64,000 bases of DNA from Eledone cirrhosa (lineage: Eukaryota): positions 78,244,001 through 78,308,000 of the forward strand of contig OZ024741.1 of assembly GCA_964016885.1 (NCBI GenBank). Reading direction: 5' to 3'. The stretch's first letter is position 1, and each line of letters opens with the position of its first letter. Positions 13,683 to 25,738 of this stretch are shown one piece after another. Under the pieces are notes generated by a model. The model saw only the letters and a program-made list of their open reading frames with translations. It had not been told where the DNA came from and searched no databases. Made by a program: the position numbers and the translations under genes.

Positions 13683-13915
13683 TTCCATTTCCTAGTACAG
13701 TAACTTGAATCATTGCTTCTCCCTTTCTTACTCCTGTCAGTCGTGGGCGCCCCTACAAAATATTCCACTTCCTACTGCAGTAACATGAATCCTTATTTCC
13801 CCCTTTCTTGCTTCTACCAGTCATGGGGCCCCCTACAAAATATTCCACTTCCTACTACAGTAACTTGAGACATTGCTTCCCTATTTCCTGCCAGTTGTAG
13901 GGGTCCTTAGAAAAT
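13683..13915. repeat. Tandem repeat, 80-bp unit x3
   Basis: TTCCA(C/T)TTCCTA..CAGTAAC starts at 13683, 13763 and 13843. Confidence 0.8.
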
Positions 13916-14762
13916 GATCATGGGTCCTCCCTGTCTCTTAAGACTAAGTCAAAAGAAAAAAAAAATACATATATTTTCTGAATGAAAAGGTAACTGATTT
14001 GTTAGAAAAAAACAAACAAATTTAATTCAAACATATATTTCTCTTTTATTTTTAATTAATTTGATTTATTTAGTTGTTATTTCATTTAATACATGGTTGA
14101 AAATTTTATTATTCCCCTCCCATCCAGTCATCACCAATCCCCTCCCCATAAAAAAGAAAAAGTTAATATCATGAAAGTTTAAAAAAAATAAATTTCCAAT
14201 TTATAACATTGCATTTTTTTATTTTTATTTTACACATGTTTCAGTTTAACACAGACCTTCAAATTTTAATTGAATGCCTTCATTTGAACACAAGTCTTTG
14301 TTTAATACAAGCGCTTTCACTTAAACAGACTCTTTATTTACCACAAGGTTTCATTTAAATAAAGGTATTTCGTTTAATACAAGCCTTCATTTAAATACAA
14401 GGCTTCATTTAACACAATTCTTCATTTAATCACATGCCAGTTTGTTTAACACAATCTTTCCATGATCACAAATATTTTTGAAACAGAATCTCATTTGGAA
14501 ACAAGTTTTCGATGATTGCAGGTCATTATGTTTAACACAGCTTTTCCTTGACCATATGTGTTTTGTTTAACACAGGGTTTGAGATATTTATGTCCAAGTA
14601 TTAAAATATATAAAAACAAACAACATCCACTTGACTACTGATCACACGGCCAGCTTTATGTTTTGTTTTAGTTTGGAGTTGATGTGTTTCATATATTGCA
14701 ATTATTTCCAAGAAAAACATATTTAAGTCCATTTGTCATTGGTCCATCATCTAATTAATTTG

Positions 14763-14799
14763 TTAAGGCACTGAAGCTTCTAGTAATACTGTGACCCAT
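14763..14799 (-). CDS. FGD6: FGD6-like last coding exon, (K)[11 protein letters not shown]
   Basis: ttttcag acceptor, PH C-terminal helix Trp, TAA at 14763-14765. Confidence 0.85.
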
Positions 14800-17700
14800 C
14801 TGAAAAAAAAGAATTATATATGTATAATGTGTATAAATGGTAGGTTTAGCATACCCCTCAGTTTAATGCCAACAGCACATACTCCAGCATGGCCATAGTT
14901 TAATGACTAAAACCAATAATATGTGTGTGTGCATCATACATATCTTTATGCACATGTACATATATGAACACTTTAAAAACAAATACAGTCTCCCCTTTCA
15001 TCTACTCTCACTCAGAGGGGAAAAAAGTTAACATCTACTCTACTTTGTCTGTAAATGCCTGCAAGTACAATAATATGGTAATGGTACATTACAATTAGTC
15101 TGATCATTTAGCACTTTTGTTACCATATTTCTAATGAAATACACTGCCAATGTTTTCAATTAATTTTTAAAATAACCTAACCAAACATTTAGAGGAATTG
15201 AATAAAATAATTAAGTTTTTCATTACTAAGCTGATATTTAGAATATTTTTTAGAGGTGGCCTTTATTTGCTGGTTGTGAAAGTTTTCTTGAGAGCTAATA
15301 GTATTACCCATAGCTCCATCTCCCCCAGTAGTTGATCTGGGATTGCTTATTCATCTGGCAGGAGCCCACTTATATGGCAACTAACCATCATATCTGGTGG
15401 CTATATTGCTATCTGTCACCTGAAACCCGTTTTCTAGCAGAACGGCTCTGCTGAATCGAGAGATCATAGCTCTGATACTACAGACATGTGGTTATAATGT
15501 GTCAGGAAAGAATTGATGGACAGATTTTACAGGCAAAACCAACCAGCAGGAGACCCAGAGGTATACCCTGAGCAAGATGGGTGGATAACATTCAGCTGGA
15601 TCAAATGGAGGCAGTCGTTTCTGATAGGACCCACTGGAAAGCATGCTTGAGGACTTTGCCCTCATGACCTTCCCAGGAATAAGTGGGTGAAGAAGAAGGT
15701 TTTAATATAAGGATAAATACTTTATAATGAACAGTTTTGTATTATAATTACAGGGCAGTTTCAAGCAGGCTAGTGCTAAAAGAGTTAAGGCATTTCATAC
15801 GATTTAAAATATATGATTCTCAATTTTTTTCCTATGTCAAATTTCGTCACCTACTTCATGTTAGAAATAATTTCGTCACCTACTTCATGTTAGAAATTTC
15901 TATTTTGTCCAACTTTAAACTTGTTAGAAAGTGAAATATTACATCAGAATTATTTTTACCCATTTAAGAGATTTTTGCGTCTGTTAGAATATGTTGCTTA
16001 TTTTAATATCCAAGGAAGAATTAAAAGCAAATGTGATTTAAACTCTGTTCGAAGAAATGCAAGTAGATTCACCAAGAAATTTGTCCTGGCACCACCAGTT
16101 TCCTACTTAACCCCATATGTAATTCAAATGATTATCATAAGTTTAATCAATGAAGAAATTTCAAAGGGAAATAACTTGGGTTTTCGCAAAAGTTATGTCA
16201 CTTACAAACTTATTGAACAGGATTTTTTTAACAAAAAAATTCCGTTGGTAACTGGAACGAAAGATGACGAAGAAATTTTACAAACGCAGTCTGTGAGGTA
16301 CTCCCAAATACTATAATTGTTTCTACTTTTAAAATAATAATGAAATTATTGTGTACAGTGCTCAGGTACACGGCACAAGGCAAGCAATTACCCCAGTGCA
16401 TTACTGGTGCTTTATTTTATCGACCCTGTAACAGTTAGTTAAAAGGATAAATTTATGTGAAACGTGTAAAGAAAAAGAAAACATGAAAGCAGAAGATAAG
16501 TATATATAATATATATTAAATATAAGCATGGCTGTGTGATTAAAGATCCTGCTTCGTAACCATGTGGTTTTGAGTTCAATCCCACAGTGTCACCCCGAGT
16601 AAGTGTTTTCTACCAATGAAGGAAAAAGATAAAAATTGTGAAAAATGTATATACTTTTCTGTTGATGCTGCACTATCAGTTTGGAATCTCATGGGCTCCA
16701 TTCCTGAATGAGTAAGTTCAAAGAGAAGATGACAGTCTATGCCTTCAAACCATTGCTATATAGGAAGGAAAAAATATAGTAAGATGTTAATTGAAAATAA
16801 AGGAGAATATATTATAGCCTTAATCGATTCATTTACAAATTAACTTAAATTGGGTATTTATGTTTACTAAGATGATGACAAGAAATCCAGTATCTGCTGG
16901 CAGTCATTTTCAAGGCCCTAAGCCCAAAATAGTGAAGCTCTCTTCCAACATGCTTTTTAAAGTTACCATGCTCAAGTAATAGTATAACCATAGATAGCTA
17001 TTTGCAGGGGCTGGATATACAGTTGGCCTACTCAGGACTCTCACTACAGAAAGGTCGATCACAAAAAGGCTTCAAAGACAACAAAAATGTGTGATGGCCA
17101 ACTGTTCCATCAGCAACACAGATATGTGACAATCAACATATGTTGTGTACCATATTAGGCATTCTAATTGTAGCAAATTTTACATTAGCAGCACGATCTG
17201 GCCACTACACATCCATATCAAAGAACACTGCGACACACATGCACCATCTTTCAAGAAACACCTAAAATATTATGCACACACACACACATATATATATATA
17301 TATAGATAGATATACATACAACCACAAATACATATACACATAATCATTATCATCATCATCATCATCATCATTCAACATCTGCTTTCTTGGTAGCAAGAGC
17401 TAGAGTGGTCGTTACCGTCCAAGTCAGTACTTAATTGGAACATCTTGTTTACATGTTTCTACACTTTACAGAGTGTACTGGGTGCATTTATCATGTAGAT
17501 CAACAACACTAGAAATGTTGCTGTGCCCTTGACATACACCTCCCACACACACATCTGTAACAGCTAGGACATTGAGGTACTACATGTATTTGAAATATAG
17601 CCTTGATTAAATCATTGATCAATGACATTCTAATCTTTCCTTTAGACAGTATATCTCTGGGACTTTAGACGAGGTGTATTTGTGTATTTATGACTTGCAA

Positions 17701-20700
17701 AAATATTCAGAAGAATATGAATGGCTGGTGCGTGTTTGTACAATCAGCTCCAAGAAAAATGCGTGTTGTCGCTCTGCATTTCTCTTGCCGGAGTGTCTGT
17801 GTTATTTTTATGACGTCCGTTTGTGACGTCAGAGCTATCACACCACTGGTGTCGCTTTGCTACATATAGTCCTCCTCCAGATGACCAATCGATGAAGAAG
17901 TAAACATATGTAGTGAGAAGCAAGGCAAAGATAGGTAATAAACAAAAGAAATGTTAGCACAAGCAGCAAACAAAAGGCAAGGCACACAAAAATGTAACAA
18001 CAGAAACATGCAAAACAATCAATAAAATGCAACAAATCGTAAGAAAGACAAAAGCAAAGGGCTGCAACAAGGGCAGCTTAAATGTACACAGTTTGACACA
18101 GTCTGTTTCCAAAAAGGCTCCAGTGGCCAGTTCATATAATAAAAGTTTGGAAGAGTTCCTTGGGCCAGTGGACTCTTCGACCGGAACGGGTCGTGGTCTT
18201 GTATCTTGGTGATGGGGGGGAGGGGGGACCAAAGAAACAGGTGTGTGTGCAAAAGAGAAAGATGGGGGTGTATGTGGCTCAGGTGTGTGAGCATCTGTGT
18301 GGGCCCATTTAAGTCTGTCAACTGCAATGGTCTCTCTGGATCCCTTAATGTCTACAGTGAAATGTTTATCAGAACGAGCTAATACACGGTAGGGTCCAGA
18401 GTACGGTTGTGTGAGAGGTGGTCTCACAGCATCGTTTCTTACGAACACATGGGTCAACGAGACAATATCCCTCGGGACTGCAGATTTTACAGTTTGTTTC
18501 CTCGTATCCATCGTCGGCAGGTCCTGCAAATAAGAACGCAGACGGGATACGTAGGAAAGCAGATCTTGTGCAGCAAGATCGACAGAGGCAAGCATTTTCC
18601 CAGGTAACGCTAGAGGAGCACCATACAATAATTTGGCCGGGGAGAACCCAAGGTCCTCCTTTATTGATGACCGAATCCCCAACAACACAATAGGGAGGTA
18701 CTCGCTCCAACGCGTAGAGTCAGGAGAAGTCCGTAGAGCTGCTTTTAGTTGTTTTAGAAGCGCTCCACCATTCCATTAGATGCAGGATGATATGAAGTTG
18801 TTCGGATGCGTTTAGCGCCAATGATCTTCGTCAATTTGGAGAAGAGATTCGATTCGAACTGTCTTCCACTGCCTTCCACAATCGTGGTTGGCACTCCAAA
18901 GCGGGCAATCCATCCTGATACTAGGGCACGCGCTGTCGTTTCAGCAGTGATGTCTTTCAAGGGGATGGCTTCAGGCCATCGCGAAAAATGCTCAATAACA
19001 GTCAATAGATAAGTATGACCACCACTGACTGGCCAAGGTCCCACGATGTCCACATGAATGTGTCGGAAACGGGTGTCCGGTGTACTGAAAGTACCGAGTG
19101 GAGCCTTAACGTGTTTATGGATTTTCGATTTCTGGCAAGTGATGCAGGAACGGCACCAAGCAGTAATATCGCACCTCATATTTGGCCAGAAGAATCTGGC
19201 TGTTATGAGCTTTACTGTGGCAGAAGATCCTGGGTGGGAAATGCCGTGCAAAGCAAGAAACACAGTACGACGATGGTTTAGCGGGACGAATGGTCTCGGT
19301 GAATCCACGGAAACGTCGCAGAGAAACTGTCCGTCCGCGGTGGGCAATGGCAGGTATTTCAAATTACTCGTCGCAAATTTGGCTGATGAAATATCCAACG
19401 ATTCCAGTGCAGGTTGGTCTGCTGCCAAGTGATTTAAATCGATGTCGTGGGATGACGCAATTGAACTGATCAGCAATCGAGACAGGACGTCAGCCGCTGT
19501 GTTCAATGAGCCTGGAATGTGTTGGATGTCGTTTGTGAATTGCGAGATAAAGTCGAGATGCCTTGTTTCTCTGGGCGAGTACTTGTTGGACTTTGTCCTT
19601 AAAGCGAAGGTCAAAGGTTTATGGTCAGTATAGATTGTAAAACACCTTCCTGCGAGCATATGTGAAAAATGTTTCACGGAAAGGTAGATGGCTAACAGCT
19701 CCCAACCAAATGTGTTGTAGGGAGTTTCTGCAGGTTTCAACTTCCTGGAGAAAAATTCCAATGGTTGTTGGTGATCATTCCAATGGTTGTTGGTGATCGT
19801 CACTACTCTGTTGTAAGACTGCACCCACTGCAGTATCCGACGCATCAACACAGAGCGAAAGCTTGGCATTGGACACTGGGTGGTCCAGCAAAGATGCACT
19901 AGCCAATGCTGATTTGGCTTTTTGAAAATCCTCGAGCTGAGACTGAGTCAAAAAGATTTCCTTGTTCTTCTTGCAGCAATTTTTCAGAATCTCAGTAAGA
20001 GAGAAGAGTAGATTACACAATGTGGAACAAAACGTCTATAGAAATTTATCAGTCCTAGGAATTGTCACAACTGACAAAGTGAGGTCGGCGGAGGCAAATC
20101 CTCTATAGCCTGAACTCGTTGAGGGAGGGTCGAATATCCTTGGAGTCAATGACATGACCTAAAAAATTCAGTGATTCCGCACCGAAAACACATTTTGTGG
20201 GATTTATTTGAACACTGTAATCCTTCAGTCGACAAAACAAATGATTCAAATGACGTATGTATTCTTCTCTGGAGGAACTAGCAATAAGCAGATCATCAAT
20301 ATAAGTGTAGACAAAGTCTAAACCACGAGTGACCTCATCCATGAACAGTTGAAAGGTGCTAGCAGCATTCTTAAGTCCGAAAGGCATGGTAAGAAATTCG
20401 AATGATCCAAATGGAGTCGTAATGGCCGTTTTTGGAATATCTTCTTTCTTGACAGGAATTTCATGATAGGCTCGCACCAAATCGAGCTTTGAGAAAACTT
20501 TACATCCCTGCAACGACAATGCAAAATCTTGCAGGTGTGGAATAGGATATCTATCCGGGACAGTTATAGCATTTAACTTCCTATAATCCTCAGTGGGTCT
20601 CCAGTCGCCAGAAGTCTTGGGTACCATGTGCAACGGAGAAACCCAAGGGCTCGTAGAAGGGCGAATTATGCCAAGCTGCAGCATGTGGTCGAACTCGGAC

Positions 20701-23700
20701 CGTGCTGCCTTCAATTTGTCCGCAGGCAAGCGACGAGGACGTGAGAACACTGGGGTGCCAGTTGTAAAGATAAAATGCTCCGTTGTGTGAGTCGGTTCGA
20801 CAACTCAAAAATTTTCCTGAGTAAGCTGTGGGAAAGAATTCAACAATGCATGATAGGGATTCCCATCATTAGCGATGAAAAAGGTCGGGCTAACCGTTGG
20901 AAAATTAGCTTTCTGGCCACGAAGAGAAAAACAGTAATGCCGTCTACTAGGCATCGGCCACGGACGTTCACCGTCAATGCAAAATGGTGTAGAAAATCCG
21001 CTCCCAAGATCGGATGTGGTAAGTCACCAACCGTAAAAATCCATTTGAATTCTCGTCAAAGATTTCTGAATTGCAGAGGAAGCGAGATTTGTCCAAAAGC
21101 CAGTATCGGCGAATGATTGACAGCTTGTCGATTCATTGATGTCTCAGGAGTTTCTTTAACACAGTTCACCGGCCAAATGCTGCAGGAGGCTCCCGTATCT
21201 ACGAGGAAAGATCTTCCGGACAGGAGGTCCTCATTAAAGAAGTGGTGGTTTGGGTGTGTAGCACAGAGATCAGCTGCCGCCTTCGGTGACTCTGGTCTGC
21301 GTTTCCCGAAGTTAAATAGTTACACGGTGGCCGGCAGTGTTTTGCTTTATCAGCGAAGGTGGCATGCTACCAGCACAAAGACGAATTGCTGGCGACTTCT
21401 TGGCCGCCTGGGAGATGGCCTACTCTCCCTACATAATTTCGCGACTTGACGCGTCAATGCGTCAATCGCCTTCAACATGGCATCCTCGTGTGTCGAGACG
21501 GGTTGGTTTGGAAAAGTCGAAGAGGCAACAAGCGAGTCCTACGAGGTAGTTTTCCTAGAGAATTCCACAATTCGATCAGCAGACGCAGTGATCTGCTCCA
21601 CCGAGCTCGAGTACACTATGGTCGCCAATATAATCTGGACATTGTTTGGCAAGCGAGAAAAAAATAGCTTTTTGATAAATGAACTATCCTCATCGGGCGA
21701 TTCACTGAGGTCCGAATGTGGTGTAAAAATTCAGACGGCGACCTGTCGCCTAAACACTCGTCCTCCAATGATGCATGAAACCTGCTTTCAGCAGAACGGC
21801 AGTTTCTCCTTAATATCTCCGTCCTCAACGAATCATACGAAGTACCGGTTGGCAGGTCCGTTATTAAATCTTTCACCGTGATGGCGAGCGATGAAGGTAT
21901 ACCACTAATCAAAACATTGAGTTTCTGCTCTATTTTAATTACATTTGCAGCAAAATATACATCCAGTTGCGCAAACCCGAGCTTGGGATCACCGGAGAAC
22001 GCAGGTAAATTAGGACTACTCATCATTAGCATGTATCAGTTCCACATAAAAAATACTAAATGATATCCAAGTAAAGAAATGCAACGTGTGTTAGATGTTT
22101 GGAACAACGGGAAAACTACACAAATTTCCCTCAACATCCATGAAGAAAGAAGAAAGAAGAAAGAAGAAAGAAGAAATGCAAAATCCGGAATCGACAAGTC
22201 ACAATAATTCAAGGCAGAAAAATTAAATGTTTTTTTTTTTTTGAATTGGAGAAGGAGATGGCATCAGATGGCTGCATTTTGGAGAAGAAAGACAATTGGC
22301 GGACCAGTCAGCTATTATGAATTTTTTGTGTGTTAAACGAACAATTTTCAATTTCGTTATTTTTGCATAGTTGCAAGAAATAAAATATTATTTTCGTCAA
22401 TTTTTTTTCTATGTTTCTCTAGAAGTTTTTAGAAGTCTTTTAGAAGGCTGTGTAATGCATAATCAGGGTCAACCACTTTAGACGAGGTGTATTTGTGTAT
22501 TTATGACTTGCAAAAATATTCAGAAGAATACGAATGGCTGGTGCGTGTTTGTACAATCAGCTCCAAGAAAAATGCGTGTTGTCGCTCTGCATTTCTCTTG
22601 CTGGAGTGTCTGTGTTATTTTTATGATGTCCGTTTGTGACGTCAGAGCTATCACACCACTGGTGTCGCTTTGCTACAGGACTACATTATCCAATCTGTTT
22701 GTTTGTAAGACAGCAGGATGTGAGTTAAAGGAGAATTGGTTGTTGTTTTTAGCAAGTTGAGAGTAACTCACATGGAGATCTCTCACTGGATTCCATGAAT
22801 GGTAGAGAAAGGAGATGGGGAGAAATTTGAATCTTGAAGAGAGCAAAAATATGAACATCTAAAATTCAATTAAACCAAGAAAAATTGTCCTTACATTGCG
22901 AGCTCTTTGGTCAGTGGTGTTGGAATTTGTCGTCAAACTTCTGGACCTATCAATTGTCTCCTGCAAATAAACAAAGAATACATAGAGACACAATATACTC
23001 ATATGGCTGTATTTCTGCCAGTGTGTGTGTGTAGGGCCGGATTTAATGGAGGGGCAAAAGGGGAATTTCCCTGTGCCCCCTGCAGTGGGGGACCCCACCA
23101 GCGATGGCCGCAGCAATTTATTCATTGATCTTGAAAGGATAATAAGCAAAGTTGACTATAGCAGGATTTGAACTTAGAGCACAAAGAGCCAGAACAAACC
23201 CCTCAAGGCATTTTGTCTTATGTTCTAATTAACCGCTAATGTTTCATCAACATCATTGTTCTATATCTGTTTTTCCATGCTTGCATGGGTTGGATGAGTT
23301 CTTTCCAGCACAGCATCTCTCCACTCATCTTGGTCTTGTGTCAACCCGACTGTGAGATTCAGTCATTTGAGATCAGCTCTCACAATCTCAGCTCAGGTTT
23401 TCCTTGGCCTTCCTCTACTGTAGCTCTCTTCCATTGATATTTATTGGCACTTCTTCACCCAGCACTCATCATCCATAAGCATCACATGATCATACCAGTG
23501 CAGTCTTCTCTCCTGCACACTACATCTGATTCTTTTTACATCTAGCTTCAACAAGGATGAACAATCAATAGAGAGAGAATGACAGGTGTTCTGTAGTGCA
23601 GTTGCTAACATGTTAACCTGGTAAATGATAGATGCATGGTTCAAATCTCATCACTGAGTGCTCTTGATCGTTCATAGTCTCAAATTGGTTCTTAGAATAT

Positions 23701-25693
23701 CTAACATTAGAATTGATAATTACGTCAGTTTTAGATTGTTATACATTATTTCTATAAGACTAATCTCAACAGACTTACCTCTGTTATTTTGTTCACCTGA
23801 TATCCCAGAATGGGTCGACTGTCTTTAGCTGCCATATCCTAGGAATTACAGAAAATGTATACACAATGATGAAGCAGTTTGGTAATATTAAAACAGTAAT
23901 TGTTCATTCACATGTCCATACCAGTTTGGTAATATTAATAGTACTGACAAGCACTTTACACATACAATGAAAATACCTCTCAATCTAAATATATATTACA
24001 GTACCTGTAAATTAATGTGACATGTCTTTAAATCATCCTTTATAAACCTCTTCAATTTATATATATTTAACACCAAGTTATATGTACAAGGCATGCAGTT
24101 CTTCACTTAAATAATGTAGTTTTATGGCGCTTTCTATGCAGGTAGCTAAAAGCAACTACTCTCTCACTTACCTTCTCTTACTCCATATTTCAGGTAATAG
24201 CTTGGTAAGTGATTGTATAAAACTCATGAAAGAACTAATAATTATTTTAACATTGGCACAAAGCCAGCAATTTAAAGAGAAGAGGAAAGTTGATTAAATC
24301 AAGCCTAGTTCACTGTATGGATGAAAGACAGCTAACCTCAGAGGGATTTGAACTCAGAATGTAATGGATTGTAACTAGGTGCTACAAAATATGCTGTCTG
24401 ATGCTCTACTGATACTGTCAATCCACCGCCCTCATGAAGGAAGTAATAATTGTTTCTACTTTTGGCACAAGGCCAGCAATTACCCCAGTGCATTACTGCT
24501 GCTTTATTTTATCGACCCCATAAGGATGAAAAGTAAAGTTAACCGTGGCAGGATTTGAACTCAGAACGTGAAGGGCCATAACTCTATGCTGCAAAGCATG
24601 GTGTCCGATGCTCTACCAATACTGCCAATCCACTGTCTGAAGACAGCAATAATTGTTTCTACTTTAGGCACAAGGCCAGCAATTATCCAGTGCATTACTG
24701 GTACTTTATTTTATCGACCCCGTAAGGATGAAAGGCAAAGTCAACCTCGGCGGGATTTGAACTCAGATCGTAAAGGGACGTAACTATGCTGGAAAGCATG
24801 GCGTCCGACCCTCTACAGTAATAATAATAATAAATTAGATTTTTTTTTTTCTCTTCACTACATGATGGCTCTAGCATGATGAATATGTGTTAAATCTAGA
24901 AGGGCTAGCATATCTGCCTTCTCCTGACAATATTAAGGAAAAGTGCTTACCTCACTAGCTTTATATTTATATAGTACTTTGTTTTTCAGTACAAACCAGA
25001 GTTGCTTCCATTTTTTACCTTTATACAGTTTCAGGTAACCACTCATCGTTGATCCCTGATCATTAGCATGTACCTGGTCAAAAATTGAAAAATAAAAATA
25101 AATATTAGCACTAATGGTGTTTTCAATATGATAATTCATCATCATCATCATCATCCTCGTTTGAGTGTTTGCTATTCCATGCTGGCATGGGTTGGATAAG
25201 GGTTCATAGCACATCAAATTTCCACTCCTAGTGGTCCCAAGAAATATCCTCAGTGATGCCCAGCATTCCCAAGTTCTAACTTCACAAACATTCTCCCATG
25301 TTTTCTTTCGGGAAAGGGGTAAGGTCTTTTCCTGTTAATACCTCATTCACATATCATGTCCATATCAGTGCAGTTATCTCTTGAGCATGCATTAGTGATC
25401 AAGACTTGGTTTGTATTAACTGGTTGTTAACCTTCTGCTGAACACTGAAGAGAGACCTACTTGGAGAAGTTATGACATCAATCACACCACAAACTCAAAT
25501 GACTATGCCCACCTGTGATAGTAATTCTGTTGGCCCTTTAATGTTTTGAAATAAAAATTAATAATTGTGTTCACTATGTAATATTTTCTATTTTAATGTT
25601 AAGTCTGGAAAATTTGTAAAATTTATTTGCTATGAAGAGAGTAAGCAAATGTAAATGACTGTTCACATATATATATATATATATATATGGATG

Positions 25694-25738
<45 letters not shown>

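Noticed and set aside
13683-13915. Regularly spaced repeats as a CRISPR-like array
   Set aside because: Whole units are homologous (no unique spacers), the context is eukaryotic and there are no cas genes.
15921-16316. 131-aa ORF on +
   Set aside because: No recognisable domain, non-ATG start, lies antisense within an FGD6 intron.
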